A DNA stretch of 64,000 bases from an uncultured Alphaproteobacteria bacterium (GCA_947588655.1 CANPYS010000003.1:11904-75903); one strand, 5' to 3'; counted from the first letter of the stretch, positions 19,449-29,085 are shown. Numbers and translations: made by a program. Notes: a model not told the origin generated them from the letters alone.

Positions 19449-19800
19449 AACCCAAATGAACCCAAACGAACCCACTGGGTTGTTTTGGTTTAAAAAACAG
19501 CAAAAACGAACCCACTGGGTTATTTTGGTTCAAAAAATAGCAAAAATGAACCCACTGGGTTATTTTGGTTTAAAAAATAACAAAAATGAACCCACTGGGT
19601 TATAAAAAATGAAATGAGGTAAAAATATGTGCCTGAAACCCAATAAAATGGAAATTAAAAAAAATTTGGTAACCCACTGGGTTATTTTGGCTCAAAAAAT
19701 TGCAAAAATGAACCCAAACGAACCCACTGGGTTATTTTGGTTCAAAAAACAGCAAAAACGAACCCAAACGAACCCACTGGGTTATTTGGGTGTAAAAAAC
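19447..19800. repeat. iteron array, putative phage replication origin
   Basis: Seven copies of the near-palindrome AACCCACTGGGTT (19469, 19509, 19549, 19589, 19671, 19716, 19771). The first four sit at exact 40-bp phasing inside a 40-bp unit GAACCCACTGGGTTATTTTGGTTYAAAAAAYAGCAAAAAY. Extra GAACCCAAAC half-sites are present. An adjacent GGTTTAAGG-type A/T-rich repeat block follows at 19840-19905. Confidence 0.8.
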
Positions 19801-19905
19801 AAAAGAAAAAGAACCAAAAAGAAAAATAAAAATATATTTATGGGTTGTTGGTTTAAAGGATATTGGTTTAAGGGTTTTAGGTTAAAGGTTTAAGGATTCA
19901 GGGAT

Positions 19906-20190
19906 ATGGTAAAGGGGTTATTAGGGGAAAAGGAAAAGGTTGAACAACTTGTGGATAAATCCATGGGGTTTGTGGATAAATGCTTGCTTACAAACGCGCC
20001 TTTGCAGACAAGCCTTACGGCTTACCCTTGCAAAGACTGCGTTTTGCAAGCATTTTGGATGATTTGCGCTAAAAAAGCGCAAAGGTGCGCAATCTTACGA
20101 TTGCTTATTGCGGCTTACGCCGCAGGCTTAGCAAGGGATAAGGGGCGCGTTTTGGGCTTTGTCCGTAAATTTCTGTCTATTACTGGTTGA
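19906..20190 (+). CDS. hypothetical phage protein
   Basis: 94-aa ORF. Confidence 0.35.
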   Translation: MVKGLLGEKEKVEQLVDKSMGFVDKCLLTNAPLQTSLTAYPCKDCVLQAFWMICAKKAQRCAILRLLIAAYAAGLARDKGRVLGFVRKFLSITG

Positions 20191-20205
20191 GAGTTTGAAA
20201 GGATT

Positions 20206-20601
20206 TTGTCTATGTTAAGAAGAATAGAAACGATTGAAGACGTTAGATTTGAGGTATTGCGTTATTTTGAAACGCTTGCGGCGCTCCCAAAGCTCCGCCG
20301 CCCTGACTATGCTAAAAACTACATGTGGCTTTTCATCGTTACGGAGTGTACGGCGGAAGATGTTGAAAATACACGCTTTAGCCCTACAAACATTGATATT
20401 GCCGACTGTTGGTATATGGACGCAAACTTTATGTGTAAATTAACTCGTTTTGAATTTGATTTGCTTGCGGCACGCGTTCGTGAGCGCCCAACACCTTGGA
20501 AAGTTGTGTGTCATAAACTCGGATTCACACGGCAGATGTTGGATTTGTATCTTAGAAAAGCCCTTGAAAAGTTATACATTGAAATGAAAAATGCTTTATA
20601 A
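20206..20601 (+). CDS. putative late-gene regulator (Q-like/activator), C-terminal HTH-like
   Basis: 131 aa. The C-terminal WKVVCHKLGFTRQMLDLYLRKALEKL is HTH / sigma-70 region-4-like. The gene sits directly upstream of the promoter-terminator region and the terminase genes. Confidence 0.35.
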   Translation: MSMLRRIETIEDVRFEVLRYFETLAALPKLRRPDYAKNYMWLFIVTECTAEDVENTRFSPTNIDIADCWYMDANFMCKLTRFEFDLLAARVRERPTPWKVVCHKLGFTRQMLDLYLRKALEKLYIEMKNAL

Positions 20602-20614
20602 TCATATAGTTAAT

Positions 20615-20700
20615 GTGTTATTTTACACTCATTTGACAATATTTTACACAATTTTACATTTTTCCATTTGACATAATCGGGCGAATTAAAGTATAAAAAG
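20615..20700 (+). promoter_or_regulatory. putative late promoter with reiterated TTTTACAC / ATTTGACA motifs
   Basis: GTTATTTTACACTCATTTGACAATATTTTACACAATTTTACATTTTTCCATTTGACATAAT contains reiterated motifs at roughly 10-12 bp spacing. Confidence 0.4.
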
Positions 20701-20733
20701 TATAAGCTAGGGGTTTTACACTCTAGCCAAAAG

Positions 20734-20768
20734 ACGCAAGGATTTGAAACCCTTGCGTTATTTTGTTT
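20734..20768 (+). terminator. intrinsic terminator 1 upstream of terS
   Basis: ACGCAAGG-ATTTGAAA-CCTTGCGT stem-loop followed by TATTTTGTTT. Confidence 0.6.
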
Positions 20769-20806
20769 GGCATAACTGGGGCAATGCTCCGGCATTAAGT
20801 AAGAAC

Positions 20807-20837
20807 GGCGGTGCACTCAACCACACCGCCGTTTTTT
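20807..20837 (+). terminator. intrinsic terminator 2 upstream of terS
   Basis: GGCGGTG-CACTCAACCA-CACCGCC followed by GTTTTTT, 15 bp before the terS RBS. Confidence 0.65.
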
Positions 20838-20852
20838 ATATGGAGGCGGCTC

Positions 20853-21377
20853 ATGAAAGGAAAGGATAAAAAAGCGGCTGTTAAACCCAAAAGAAAGGTT
20901 GGCAGACCAAAGGCAAAATGGAAAACAAAAGCAAATGCCGATCGCATTTTTGAGGCTATGAGAAACGGGCAAAGCCTCCGCAATTATTGCACTCTCAATA
21001 GCTTACCCCTGACTAAAGTTTACGAGTGGTTGAATAGTGATGAATTTCGTGAGAACTACGCGGACGCGCAAGCGGCGCGCGCGGATTATTTCTTTGATGA
21101 AATCTTGAATATCGCCGATGATTGCCCTCCTGATAAAGAGGAAGTGGCAAGGGCAAAGTTAAGAATTGAAACACGAAAATTTGCGATGGCGCGGATGAGC
21201 CCCAAAAAGTATGGGGAAAAGTTTAATGTAGATTTAAGCGGCACAACCGAGGTAAAGCATAATGGAAAAGTTGATATTGCTCCGACAGATAGCGCAATAC
21301 AAGGAATTAATGCAATCCTTGGCGCAATTATCCGATCAGGAAAGAGTGAGCGCGTGGAGGACACTAGCGAAAAATGA
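20853..21377 (+). CDS. terminase small subunit
   Basis: Started at MKGKDKKAAV with a GGAGGCGG RBS. The N-terminus is basic and HTH-like, followed by an oligomerisation-type region. The gene lies immediately upstream of the large subunit. Confidence 0.55.
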   Translation: MKGKDKKAAVKPKRKVGRPKAKWKTKANADRIFEAMRNGQSLRNYCTLNSLPLTKVYEWLNSDEFRENYADAQAARADYFFDEILNIADDCPPDKEEVARAKLRIETRKFAMARMSPKKYGEKFNVDLSGTTEVKHNGKVDIAPTDSAIQGINAILGAIIRSGKSERVEDTSEK

Positions 21378-22755
21378 TTTGTTTTTTCTGATTGTTTATG
21401 TGCTTGGGGTTAGTTTTGCCAATAATCAATGGGTGCTTGATAGGTGCAGGGAATTTCAAGAAAAGCCCTACGGTTATTTAGACTTGTGGGCGCGCGGACA
21501 TTATAAAAGCACAATTATTACATATGGGCACACGATATTTGAAATATTAAACAATCCCGAAATAACAATTGGGATTTTTTCACACAAGTTGCCGATTTCA
21601 AGGGCTTTTGTGATTCAAATTAAAAACACATTGGAAAACAACGAACTCTTAAAGGCGTTGTTTCCTGAAATTTTGTATGCAGATCCTAAAAAACAAAGTC
21701 CTAAATGGACGGAAGATAAGATTTGTGTAAAGCGCAACAGCACACGCAAGGAAATGACTGTTGAGGCTTGCGGTGTGGTTGAGGGGCAACCTACGGGCAT
21801 GCACTATGACATTTTGGAGTATGACGACCTTGTCACGCTTGAAAGCGTGAGTACGCCGGAGCAAATTTTAAAAACAACGGCGGCTTTTAGAATGAGCTTA
21901 AACTTAGGCTCCGCAAACGCCAAACGTATCATGATAGGCACTTTTTATGCTTATAATGATACATATAACGAACTTATTAAAGATGGCACGGTTTTGCCGC
22001 GGATATATCCGGCAATGACTGATGCCACGGATTTTAACACGAGTGTTTTCTTATCGCCCGAAGATTTGAAAGCCAAGCGTGTTGAAATGGGCGCGGCGAC
22101 ATTTGGAACGCAAATGCTCCTTGATCCATCTGTTGCTAATAACCGCTATTTTATGCCGGAATGGATAAAATACTATAACGGCGAGGGTTGGGAAACAATG
22201 AATCGTTATATTGTGGTTGATCCGGCAAGCTCAAAAGATAAGAAGAGCGATTACACGGTTATGATTGTATTGGGCTTAGGTAAGGACGGCAACTATTATG
22301 TTATTGACGGCATACGCGATAGGCTTAATTTGTCCGAACGCACAAACTGGCTTTTCCGCTTGGTGCAAATGTATAAGCCCAATGCTGTATGGTATGAAAG
22401 TTATGGGCAACAGGCTGACCATGAACATATTGAAGCAGAAATGGCGACAAGGCACTATCGCTTTAATATCAACCGGCTTGGCGGAAATGTTGCTAAAAAG
22501 CAAAGGATTGAACGGTTGCAACCGCTTTTTGAGCAAGGAAAAATCTTTTTCCCAACACGGTTACCGATGATAACCGTTGATGGGGAAATAAAAGATTTTA
22601 CGCAAACTTTTATTGACGACGAATATTTGAAATATCCGGCGGTTAATCACGATGATATGATTGACGCGTTGGCAAGGCTATTTGATATTAATGGCGTTTT
22701 TCCTAATGCAACCGGCGGAACACCTTATCAAACGGTTATGTATAATAGGGGGTAA
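21262..22755 (+). CDS. terminase large subunit
   Basis: 497 aa with an N-terminal ATPase region (LWARGHYKST, Walker-A-like) and a C-terminal RNase-H-like nuclease (VDPASSKDKKSDYTVMIVLGL). The 5' end overlaps terS, so the exact start is uncertain. Confidence 0.75.
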   Translation: MEKLILLRQIAQYKELMQSLAQLSDQERVSAWRTLAKNDLFFLIVYVLGVSFANNQWVLDRCREFQEKPYGYLDLWARGHYKSTIITYGHTIFEILNNPEITIGIFSHKLPISRAFVIQIKNTLENNELLKALFPEILYADPKKQSPKWTEDKICVKRNSTRKEMTVEACGVVEGQPTGMHYDILEYDDLVTLESVSTPEQILKTTAAFRMSLNLGSANAKRIMIGTFYAYNDTYNELIKDGTVLPRIYPAMTDATDFNTSVFLSPEDLKAKRVEMGAATFGTQMLLDPSVANNRYFMPEWIKYYNGEGWETMNRYIVVDPASSKDKKSDYTVMIVLGLGKDGNYYVIDGIRDRLNLSERTNWLFRLVQMYKPNAVWYESYGQQADHEHIEAEMATRHYRFNINRLGGNVAKKQRIERLQPLFEQGKIFFPTRLPMITVDGEIKDFTQTFIDDEYLKYPAVNHDDMIDALARLFDINGVFPNATGGTPYQTVMYNRG

Positions 22756-22757
22756 CA

Positions 22758-23144
22758 ATGGCGATAGTTAGGAGGTATGAAAAAGGCGATGTTGAAAGCA
22801 TCGCCTTTAATGATATTGGCAAGGCTGAATGGAAAGCCGATCCTGATAAATCGGGGTTGGAAAACGGCGAGGCTTATACCATTATCGTTGGCGAATATAA
22901 GTGTGTTTTGGCGGTGGAGTATATTGACGGCTGTTATTGCGTTTGGTTTTCGCCGGACAAAAGAATTAGCCCTTTGTATTTGAAATACGCCAAAAAGCTT
23001 ATTGATAAGGTGGCTGAACGTGGTTTACCACTGTGCACGCTATCCAAAAAAGGTAAAATGCAAACAAAAATGCACAAATTTTTAGGCGGTAAGCCTATTG
23101 GAACGGATAAAGGAAAACAAATTTGGCTTTATGAAAGGAGTTAA
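22758..23144 (+). CDS. hypothetical phage protein
   Basis: 128-aa ORF coupled to terL. Confidence 0.4.
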   Translation: MAIVRRYEKGDVESIAFNDIGKAEWKADPDKSGLENGEAYTIIVGEYKCVLAVEYIDGCYCVWFSPDKRISPLYLKYAKKLIDKVAERGLPLCTLSKKGKMQTKMHKFLGGKPIGTDKGKQIWLYERS

Positions 23145-23146
23145 TT

Positions 23147-23557
23147 ATGGGAAAAGCAGCTAAATCAGTTACTAATTCAGTTACGAAAGCAGTTAAAAAA
23201 GCCGTCAAAGCAACAACAAAAACAGCTGAAAGCTTTGTTAAATCGCCCGTAGATCAGGTTAAATCACTCGCAAAGGGCGATTTGATGGGTTCTATGGATG
23301 CCGCGACAAGATTTGCTACAGGCGGTATAGTTTCATTGGAAGATAAAGGTCTTTTGAACGCTAATCTTAATCCAAAGGTAAAAGATGCAAGCGATCCTGT
23401 CCAACAAACAGATACTCAAACAGACGGTCTATTGCAATATGTGAGTGATTTGCGCACGCGTAAGGCAAGACGTAATAGAGCAAGCACAAATAACACTGAC
23501 GGCAGTGCCTCCGGCAATGCGAATAAACTTAGCGGCACAACAGCGTTGGGGGTTTAA
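23147..23557 (+). CDS. Lys-rich hypothetical virion protein (paralog A)
   Basis: 136 aa. Its C-terminus (YVSDLRTRKARRNR...TALGV) is paralogous to the next ORF. Confidence 0.4.
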   Translation: MGKAAKSVTNSVTKAVKKAVKATTKTAESFVKSPVDQVKSLAKGDLMGSMDAATRFATGGIVSLEDKGLLNANLNPKVKDASDPVQQTDTQTDGLLQYVSDLRTRKARRNRASTNNTDGSASGNANKLSGTTALGV

Positions 23558-23875
23558 ATGGGTAAAAAAATTGAAAAAGCCTTTAAGGCTTTGAGGTATA
23601 AAAAAGCTCAAGAAGAAGCGCAAAGGCAAGCGGCTGAAGCGCAAAAACAACAGGCGGCGCAAGCTTTAGCAAATGCTAGCGCGGTTACAGATAGCGGGCG
23701 CACAACAACAGTTGTAAATGATACCACTAATGCGCCGGCAACCTCTGGAACTGCTGATGACGAATTAATTGAATATGTTGGCGATGTTAGAAATCGCTCA
23801 TCAAGACGCAAACGCGGTGCGCCAATGGCACAAAGTCAAGGAGTTCTTGGGCAACCAACCACCTTAGGAGTATAA
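23558..23875 (+). CDS. Lys-rich hypothetical virion protein (paralog B)
   Basis: 105 aa. Its C-terminus (YVGDVRNRSSRRKR...TTLGV) is paralogous to the preceding ORF. Confidence 0.4.
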   Translation: MGKKIEKAFKALRYKKAQEEAQRQAAEAQKQQAAQALANASAVTDSGRTTTVVNDTTNAPATSGTADDELIEYVGDVRNRSSRRKRGAPMAQSQGVLGQPTTLGV

Positions 23876-23877
23876 AA

Positions 23878-25596
23878 ATGTTTGATATTAACAAAGAGCA
23901 AGCGCAAGAATACATTAGAGATTTGGGCAAGCTTGAAAATAACCGCAAGCCGTTAGAGTCCGTTTGGCAACAAATTATGGAAATGATTGATCCGGCAAAT
24001 GCGTTTATCACAAAAAAATACGCGGCTAAAAAGATTTGGAACGAAAAAATCTACTCAACAACAGCTCAAAGGGCTTTGCCAAAGTTTGTGGCGGCTTTGC
24101 AATCAACCGTCACGCCTAATAATCAGCGATGGCATAGATTTACCGCGCCGCTTAACCGCTTAAAAGAAAAACAAGCAATTACGGATTGGCTTGAAAAACT
24201 AACCGATGCTATTTTTGAAATGCGTTACCGCCCGAATGCCGGATTTAACAAGGCAATGATTAAAACTTGGCGCGGATATGGCAAGCTCGGTTTGGGCGTT
24301 ATGTTTGTTGACGAAGATAGAGATGGCGACGGCGCAACTTATGAATCTGTTAATATTAAAGATTTTTATCCCGTTTTATATAAAGACGGCAAAATTAAAA
24401 CTTGTTATCGCAAAATTGTAAAATCAGGTTGGGAGGTTTGCGAACTCTTGAAAGACAAAGGCATTAATCCCGAAGAGGTTATACCGTCCGAGGTTTTAGA
24501 CAAGGTAAAAGCGAACAAGTTTTGCGAATTAAACCTTATTCACGTTGTCTGTAAGCTAACCAAAGAGGAAGTTGACAAGTATAAAGATATTTTGGAGCGC
24601 CCTGATGGCTCTAGGATTATTACAAAATATCGCTATAAATCATTCTTAATCCTTAATGATATAAATAAACCGGCTGTTTTGGATAGCGGTAAGTTTTTTA
24701 CTTGTCCTTATATGTTTACGCGCTATCAAGAACTGGACTATGATATTTATTCAAACTCGCCGTCTTTGGAGGCTTTGCCTGATATTAAGATGTTACAGCG
24801 CATTAAAAAATCAACGATAGAGGCGGCAGAAAAGGCTGTTGATCCACCGTTGCTTGCGCGTAATGATGCGGCGTTTGGCGGTTTAATGCCGATTGCCGGC
24901 GCTATTATGGCGGGTACGTTAGATGCAGAGGGGCGTGAATTATTAAAACCATTACAAACCGGCGATAATACGCGACTCGGCGTTGAAATGGAAGAACTGA
25001 CAAACAAGGGAATTGAGGACTTTTACCTTGTGCCGCTCTACATGATGTACTATCAGGAGGGCAAAATGACGGCAACGGAAATCAATCAACGCGCCTTTGA
25101 ACGTGCAATGATTATGAGTATTAACGTTTTCCCGATTGAAAACGAGCTACTTGATCCGATGGTTGCGCGTGAGTTGGATATTATGCGCCGGCAAGGCAAA
25201 TTACCCGATGGAATGCCTGACGAATTAAGGGCTTTAATGGATTCGGATGAACCTTATGCGGCTATTCAATACGAGGGTGAACAGCATAAGGCGCAGGAGT
25301 TAATCAAGGCTAATGGTATTGCAATGACAATGCAGGCCGCCGTTGGTTTATCTAACTTTGATAGGCATATACCTTTAGCCTTTAAGGGTTATAAATGTCT
25401 AACAACCATTGCAAGCGCAAACGGTATGCCTGCGGATCATTTACTAAATGAGGACGATTACGAAGAAGTATCACAACAGCAAGCCGACATAGCGCAACAA
25501 GCGGCGGCGCAAGCGGCAATAGACAGTGCGGCGGCTAGCGTTGCCGGCGATGTCAGCGCGCGCTATGATAATAGGCTTGCAACAGGGGATTATTAA
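23878..25596 (+). CDS. portal protein
   Basis: 572 aa. The size and position (after terL, before scaffold and capsid) fit a portal. The C-terminus is acidic and Ala-rich. Confidence 0.6.
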   Translation: MFDINKEQAQEYIRDLGKLENNRKPLESVWQQIMEMIDPANAFITKKYAAKKIWNEKIYSTTAQRALPKFVAALQSTVTPNNQRWHRFTAPLNRLKEKQAITDWLEKLTDAIFEMRYRPNAGFNKAMIKTWRGYGKLGLGVMFVDEDRDGDGATYESVNIKDFYPVLYKDGKIKTCYRKIVKSGWEVCELLKDKGINPEEVIPSEVLDKVKANKFCELNLIHVVCKLTKEEVDKYKDILERPDGSRIITKYRYKSFLILNDINKPAVLDSGKFFTCPYMFTRYQELDYDIYSNSPSLEALPDIKMLQRIKKSTIEAAEKAVDPPLLARNDAAFGGLMPIAGAIMAGTLDAEGRELLKPLQTGDNTRLGVEMEELTNKGIEDFYLVPLYMMYYQEGKMTATEINQRAFERAMIMSINVFPIENELLDPMVARELDIMRRQGKLPDGMPDELRALMDSDEPYAAIQYEGEQHKAQELIKANGIAMTMQAAVGLSNFDRHIPLAFKGYKCLTTIASANGMPADHLLNEDDYEEVSQQQADIAQQAAAQAAIDSAAASVAGDVSARYDNRLATGDY

Positions 25597-25597
25597 G

Positions 25598-25882
25598 ATG
25601 GCTGATACTGATGAAAAAATAAAAAAAATGCGAGAAGATACAAGGCTTGCTGTTGAGCAACTTAAAGCTGCTTATGTGGAGCTTTCAAAGAATGAGGTTG
25701 TTATGCAAGACTTGAGAACGTTTTGCGCTCTGTCCATACCAACGGATATGAGCGGAAAGACACCTAACCTTGATGCAAATAAGGTGCTGGTGGCAACCGG
25801 GCGCGCCACGGTTCTTGAAAGAGTTGACTACTTTATCAATACACCTGTGGAGCAAATTGTTAAACAATATTTAGGAGCTTAA
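25598..25882 (+). CDS. hypothetical head-assembly protein
   Basis: Trimmed to the ATG right after the portal stop (MADTDEKIKKMRED). Encodes 94 aa. Confidence 0.4.
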   Translation: MADTDEKIKKMREDTRLAVEQLKAAYVELSKNEVVMQDLRTFCALSIPTDMSGKTPNLDANKVLVATGRATVLERVDYFINTPVEQIVKQYLGA

Positions 25883-25884
25883 AT

Positions 25885-26511
25885 ATGGCAGAAGAAAACG
25901 ATAATGCGGCGACTGGCGAAACACAAACCACACCGCCGGAGCAAACTACTACACCACCAGCGGAAACGCAAACACCTCCTGAGGCAGGAAACGATAAAAC
26001 CCCTAGCGACAACGCCGGGGGGTTGGTTTTTCCTGACGGCACGGACGGCAATGCTGTTTTGGCTTTTAGAAAATCTTGCGGCTATCCTGATGAGGCAAGC
26101 GGTTATGGCTTGCCGATGGAAACGGAAGAACAAAAAAATCTATTAAACTTTATTCATAAATGCCAACTTGATCCGATTGCGGCAAAAGTCGTGGTTAAAA
26201 ATGTAGCTGAAATAATGGCGGCTGATGAAGCAAATGCTAAGCAAGCCTTTATTGATGGTTACAACAAAGTTGTTGAGAGTTGGGGCGAAAATAAAAAAGA
26301 AAACGAAAGCTTAATGAATAAAGGCTTGTCCTTGATGAAGTTGGATCAGGACAAGTTAAGGGGAATCTCCGAATCAATCGGAGTGGAGGCGGCACTCAGT
26401 ATGATGATGCTATTGGGAAAAACACAGACAGACCATAGCGGCGTGTCAGGTGGCAATAGTGAAGATAATGAGAGCCTTTTGGGGTATATTTCGCGCAAAC
26501 GCGGTTATTAG
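25885..26511 (+). CDS. putative scaffolding protein
   Basis: 208 aa with an acidic, T/P-rich, low-complexity N-terminus followed by a helical region. It lies between the portal and the major capsid gene. Confidence 0.45.
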   Translation: MAEENDNAATGETQTTPPEQTTTPPAETQTPPEAGNDKTPSDNAGGLVFPDGTDGNAVLAFRKSCGYPDEASGYGLPMETEEQKNLLNFIHKCQLDPIAAKVVVKNVAEIMAADEANAKQAFIDGYNKVVESWGENKKENESLMNKGLSLMKLDQDKLRGISESIGVEAALSMMMLLGKTQTDHSGVSGGNSEDNESLLGYISRKRGY

Positions 26512-26575
26512 CTGTGAGCGAAATATATTTTTTAACAGGAGGCAATAAAGCCTCCATTTTTATAAGGAAAAAATA

Positions 26576-27559
26576 ATGAGCAATGATACTTTGCAACAAG
26601 TAGCTTTGAGTTATAGCAAAACGCAACAGATGCTTATTAACAGCTTTATGAAAGAATTAAAGTTTTTGGCGACTGTTCCGTTTATGCCGGCAACTCATGG
26701 CTTATTTAACCAATACGAAGAAGTGTCCGGCGTTAGCGGTGCTTCTTTTCGTGAATTTGACGCACCAAACGTCGTAATGGATATTTCAACCATTATGAAA
26801 CAAGAAAAACTTGGTGTTTTGGCTGGCGAAATGAGCGTTTCCGAGGAAAAGGCTGTTTTGATTGCCAACAATACCAAAGATGGTGGCAAAGCGGCTGAAA
26901 TCTATTTCGCCAAACGTACGCCTATTGTGCTTAATGATGCTGGTAAGGCAACAGAGCGGCACTTTATCTATGAACACCTTTATAAAAAGGCGTATCAGTA
27001 TAATAAACTTGTCGGTTCTGATACCTCTAAGCGCACAATTATTAACGCCGGCGGCTCTAATAATACCAACTACTCTATTATGGCTATTCGCCAAAATAAA
27101 GAGGAAAACTGCGGACTTGTTAGCCCTGTCGGGGAAAACAGCGACGAAGTGATGGTCATGGATTGGCTGAATGGCGGCGAGCGTCATAAACTTACAAGCG
27201 GTCCTGATGCTGGCAAAATCGGATATGAGGCGACCTGGAAAGCATTTTTAGGCTATCAGGTGGCTCGCCCTGATTGCTTAGGCGTGATTGTCAACATTGA
27301 TCCGGCGAACGATCATGATGTTACGGCGGCAATGATTGATGATTTGCTTGATAGAATTGAGGCAGATCCGTCTGATACTGCACTTGTTATGAGCCGTGGC
27401 ATGAAAACCCACTTAGGACAGTTCAAGTATGAAAAATTGCGCACTGTCTTGGCTGATGATAAGATTAAGAATGTTATCCAAGAATGGAATGATATTCCGC
27501 TTATCGGCACAAATACAATGTTACGCGGCACTGAGTCTAACTTTGATATGCCGTTCTAG
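26576..27559 (+). CDS. major capsid protein
   Basis: 327 aa. Strong RBS AGGAAAAAATAATG. Lies in the capsid position after the scaffold. Its size is consistent with podovirus HK97-fold capsid proteins. Confidence 0.6.
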   Translation: MSNDTLQQVALSYSKTQQMLINSFMKELKFLATVPFMPATHGLFNQYEEVSGVSGASFREFDAPNVVMDISTIMKQEKLGVLAGEMSVSEEKAVLIANNTKDGGKAAEIYFAKRTPIVLNDAGKATERHFIYEHLYKKAYQYNKLVGSDTSKRTIINAGGSNNTNYSIMAIRQNKEENCGLVSPVGENSDEVMVMDWLNGGERHKLTSGPDAGKIGYEATWKAFLGYQVARPDCLGVIVNIDPANDHDVTAAMIDDLLDRIEADPSDTALVMSRGMKTHLGQFKYEKLRTVLADDKIKNVIQEWNDIPLIGTNTMLRGTESNFDMPF

Positions 27560-27621
27560 GTTTTGGGCGCACCTATAACAAGGTGCGCCTTTGTTTTAAC
27601 TTTTTTGTAAAGGATAAAAAA

Positions 27622-28002
27622 ATGAAAATTGGTTTTTATAATGAAAACTTTATTGATGAGGCAACCGCGGCGGCTAGCGTTGATGCTACTCGTGGCGTTA
27701 AGGTTGGCGGCGCACTCGGACACGTTTTCGCACAATGTGTTGCTGGCGAGGGTGGTTGCACAATCGCTGACGGGAAAACCGTTACCTTAACAGCTACCGA
27801 ATGCGATACTCTTGATGGCGTTTATTCGGACTTGGGTTCTCACGCACGCAAAATCAGTGGCGCTACAACTTTTGCAGAGGGTGAAGTGATTGCCGAAATT
27901 GGCTTTCCATCCTATGTAAAAGATTATGCCAAAGTTGCTTTTGCAAGTGACGACGAAGAAATTAGCGGCAAGGTAAAGATCATACCTTATACCGTTGGTT
28001 AA
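27622..28002 (+). CDS. hypothetical virion protein
   Basis: Started at MKIGFYNENF. Encodes 126 aa. Confidence 0.4.
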   Translation: MKIGFYNENFIDEATAAASVDATRGVKVGGALGHVFAQCVAGEGGCTIADGKTVTLTATECDTLDGVYSDLGSHARKISGATTFAEGEVIAEIGFPSYVKDYAKVAFASDDEEISGKVKIIPYTVG

Positions 28003-28027
28003 TCAAGTTAATTAACGGAGGTAAGAC

Positions 28028-28387
28028 ATGGTTGAATATGTTGCTTTAACTGAAACTGTCTATAAATTCAAATTTTACCACAAAGGGCAAACGCTTAATG
28101 CTGGCGAAGAATTAGACAGTAACCCAAATTTTGAACGCGTTGGCGGTTCTAAACCTGCCGTTGCGAAGAATGACGGAAAGCAAGACGGTAATACCGTTGA
28201 TGAAGTTGCTATTCGCACGCGTGCAAAAGAGCTGAAAATTGCAAATTGGCACAATAAAAATATTAAAAATTTATTGGCTGAAATTGCAGAGGTTGAGGCT
28301 AAACTTGCCGCACCGACTATCGTTACCGAGGATGAAAGCCCCGATGATGATAAACCCGCTGACGGTAAAGTACAAGCCGAAAACTAA
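28028..28387 (+). CDS. hypothetical virion protein
   Basis: 119 aa with a GGAGG RBS. A hairpin terminator follows at 28395-28425. Confidence 0.4.
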   Translation: MVEYVALTETVYKFKFYHKGQTLNAGEELDSNPNFERVGGSKPAVAKNDGKQDGNTVDEVAIRTRAKELKIANWHNKNIKNLLAEIAEVEAKLAAPTIVTEDESPDDDKPADGKVQAEN

Positions 28388-28443
28388 ACTTTGAGGGGGC
28401 TTATAACCCCCTCTTTTTTAATTTATTTTTGAGGAATTTTAAA

Positions 28444-29085
28444 ATGAGTGCAACATTTACGACTGAGCTTGATGTTATCAATGCGGCAATACGCGCGCTT
28501 GGCGGTAAACATAATATTTCAGCGGATGATAAAACAAACGCGGCTGAGGAAATGAGCGCGGCATACCGCTTGACTCGCGACACTTTAATACGCTCCTATA
28601 ATTGGAATTGTTGCATTAAAAGAGATACGGCGGCTTTTTTGGAAGAAAGCGCAAGCCTTTTATACCAAGATTATAAATATATCTATCAAGTTCCTAGTGA
28701 TTGTTTGGGAATCATAATCATAAACGATAGATTTACCGGCTATTCAGGAACTGAATTAACTGAAAGATACAGCCCTTTTTATAAAATTCGCGGTAATAAA
28801 ATTTATACACGCTATAAACCGCCGCTTATCATTGAATATAAATACAGAAATGAGGATGTGACAAGCTATGATGCTTGTTTTTGCAAAGTGCTTGCACTTG
28901 ATTTGGCTATTGAATGTTGCGAGAGAATTAAACAAAGCACAACCGCTATTGAAGAATTGCGCCGTTTGCGGCAAGACGCTTTGGATGATGCTTTGCGCGC
29001 AAATGCACTTGAAATACCAGAAAGACCGAAATTAACCGGAAACTGGCTACGCGGGCGCACTATTGATGAGTGGGGAGTTGAATAA
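28444..29085 (+). CDS. putative tail adaptor / tail tubular protein A-like
   Basis: 213 aa located immediately upstream of the 760-aa protein. The assignment rests on position only. Confidence 0.3.
   Translation: MSATFTTELDVINAAIRALGGKHNISADDKTNAAEEMSAAYRLTRDTLIRSYNWNCCIKRDTAAFLEESASLLYQDYKYIYQVPSDCLGIIIINDRFTGYSGTELTERYSPFYKIRGNKIYTRYKPPLIIEYKYRNEDVTSYDACFCKVLALDLAIECCERIKQSTTAIEELRRLRQDALDDALRANALEIPERPKLTGNWLRGRTIDEWGVE

Noticed and set aside
19447-19800. CRISPR array
   Set aside because: The repeats are short near-palindromes with non-unique, themselves repetitive 'spacers'. No cas genes are present. The array sits in the phage early region.
19186-19893. ORFs of 139 and 88 aa across the iteron array
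   Set aside because: Their translations (NEPTGLFWFKKQQKR repeated) simply reflect the 40-bp DNA repeats. The region is far better explained as an origin.
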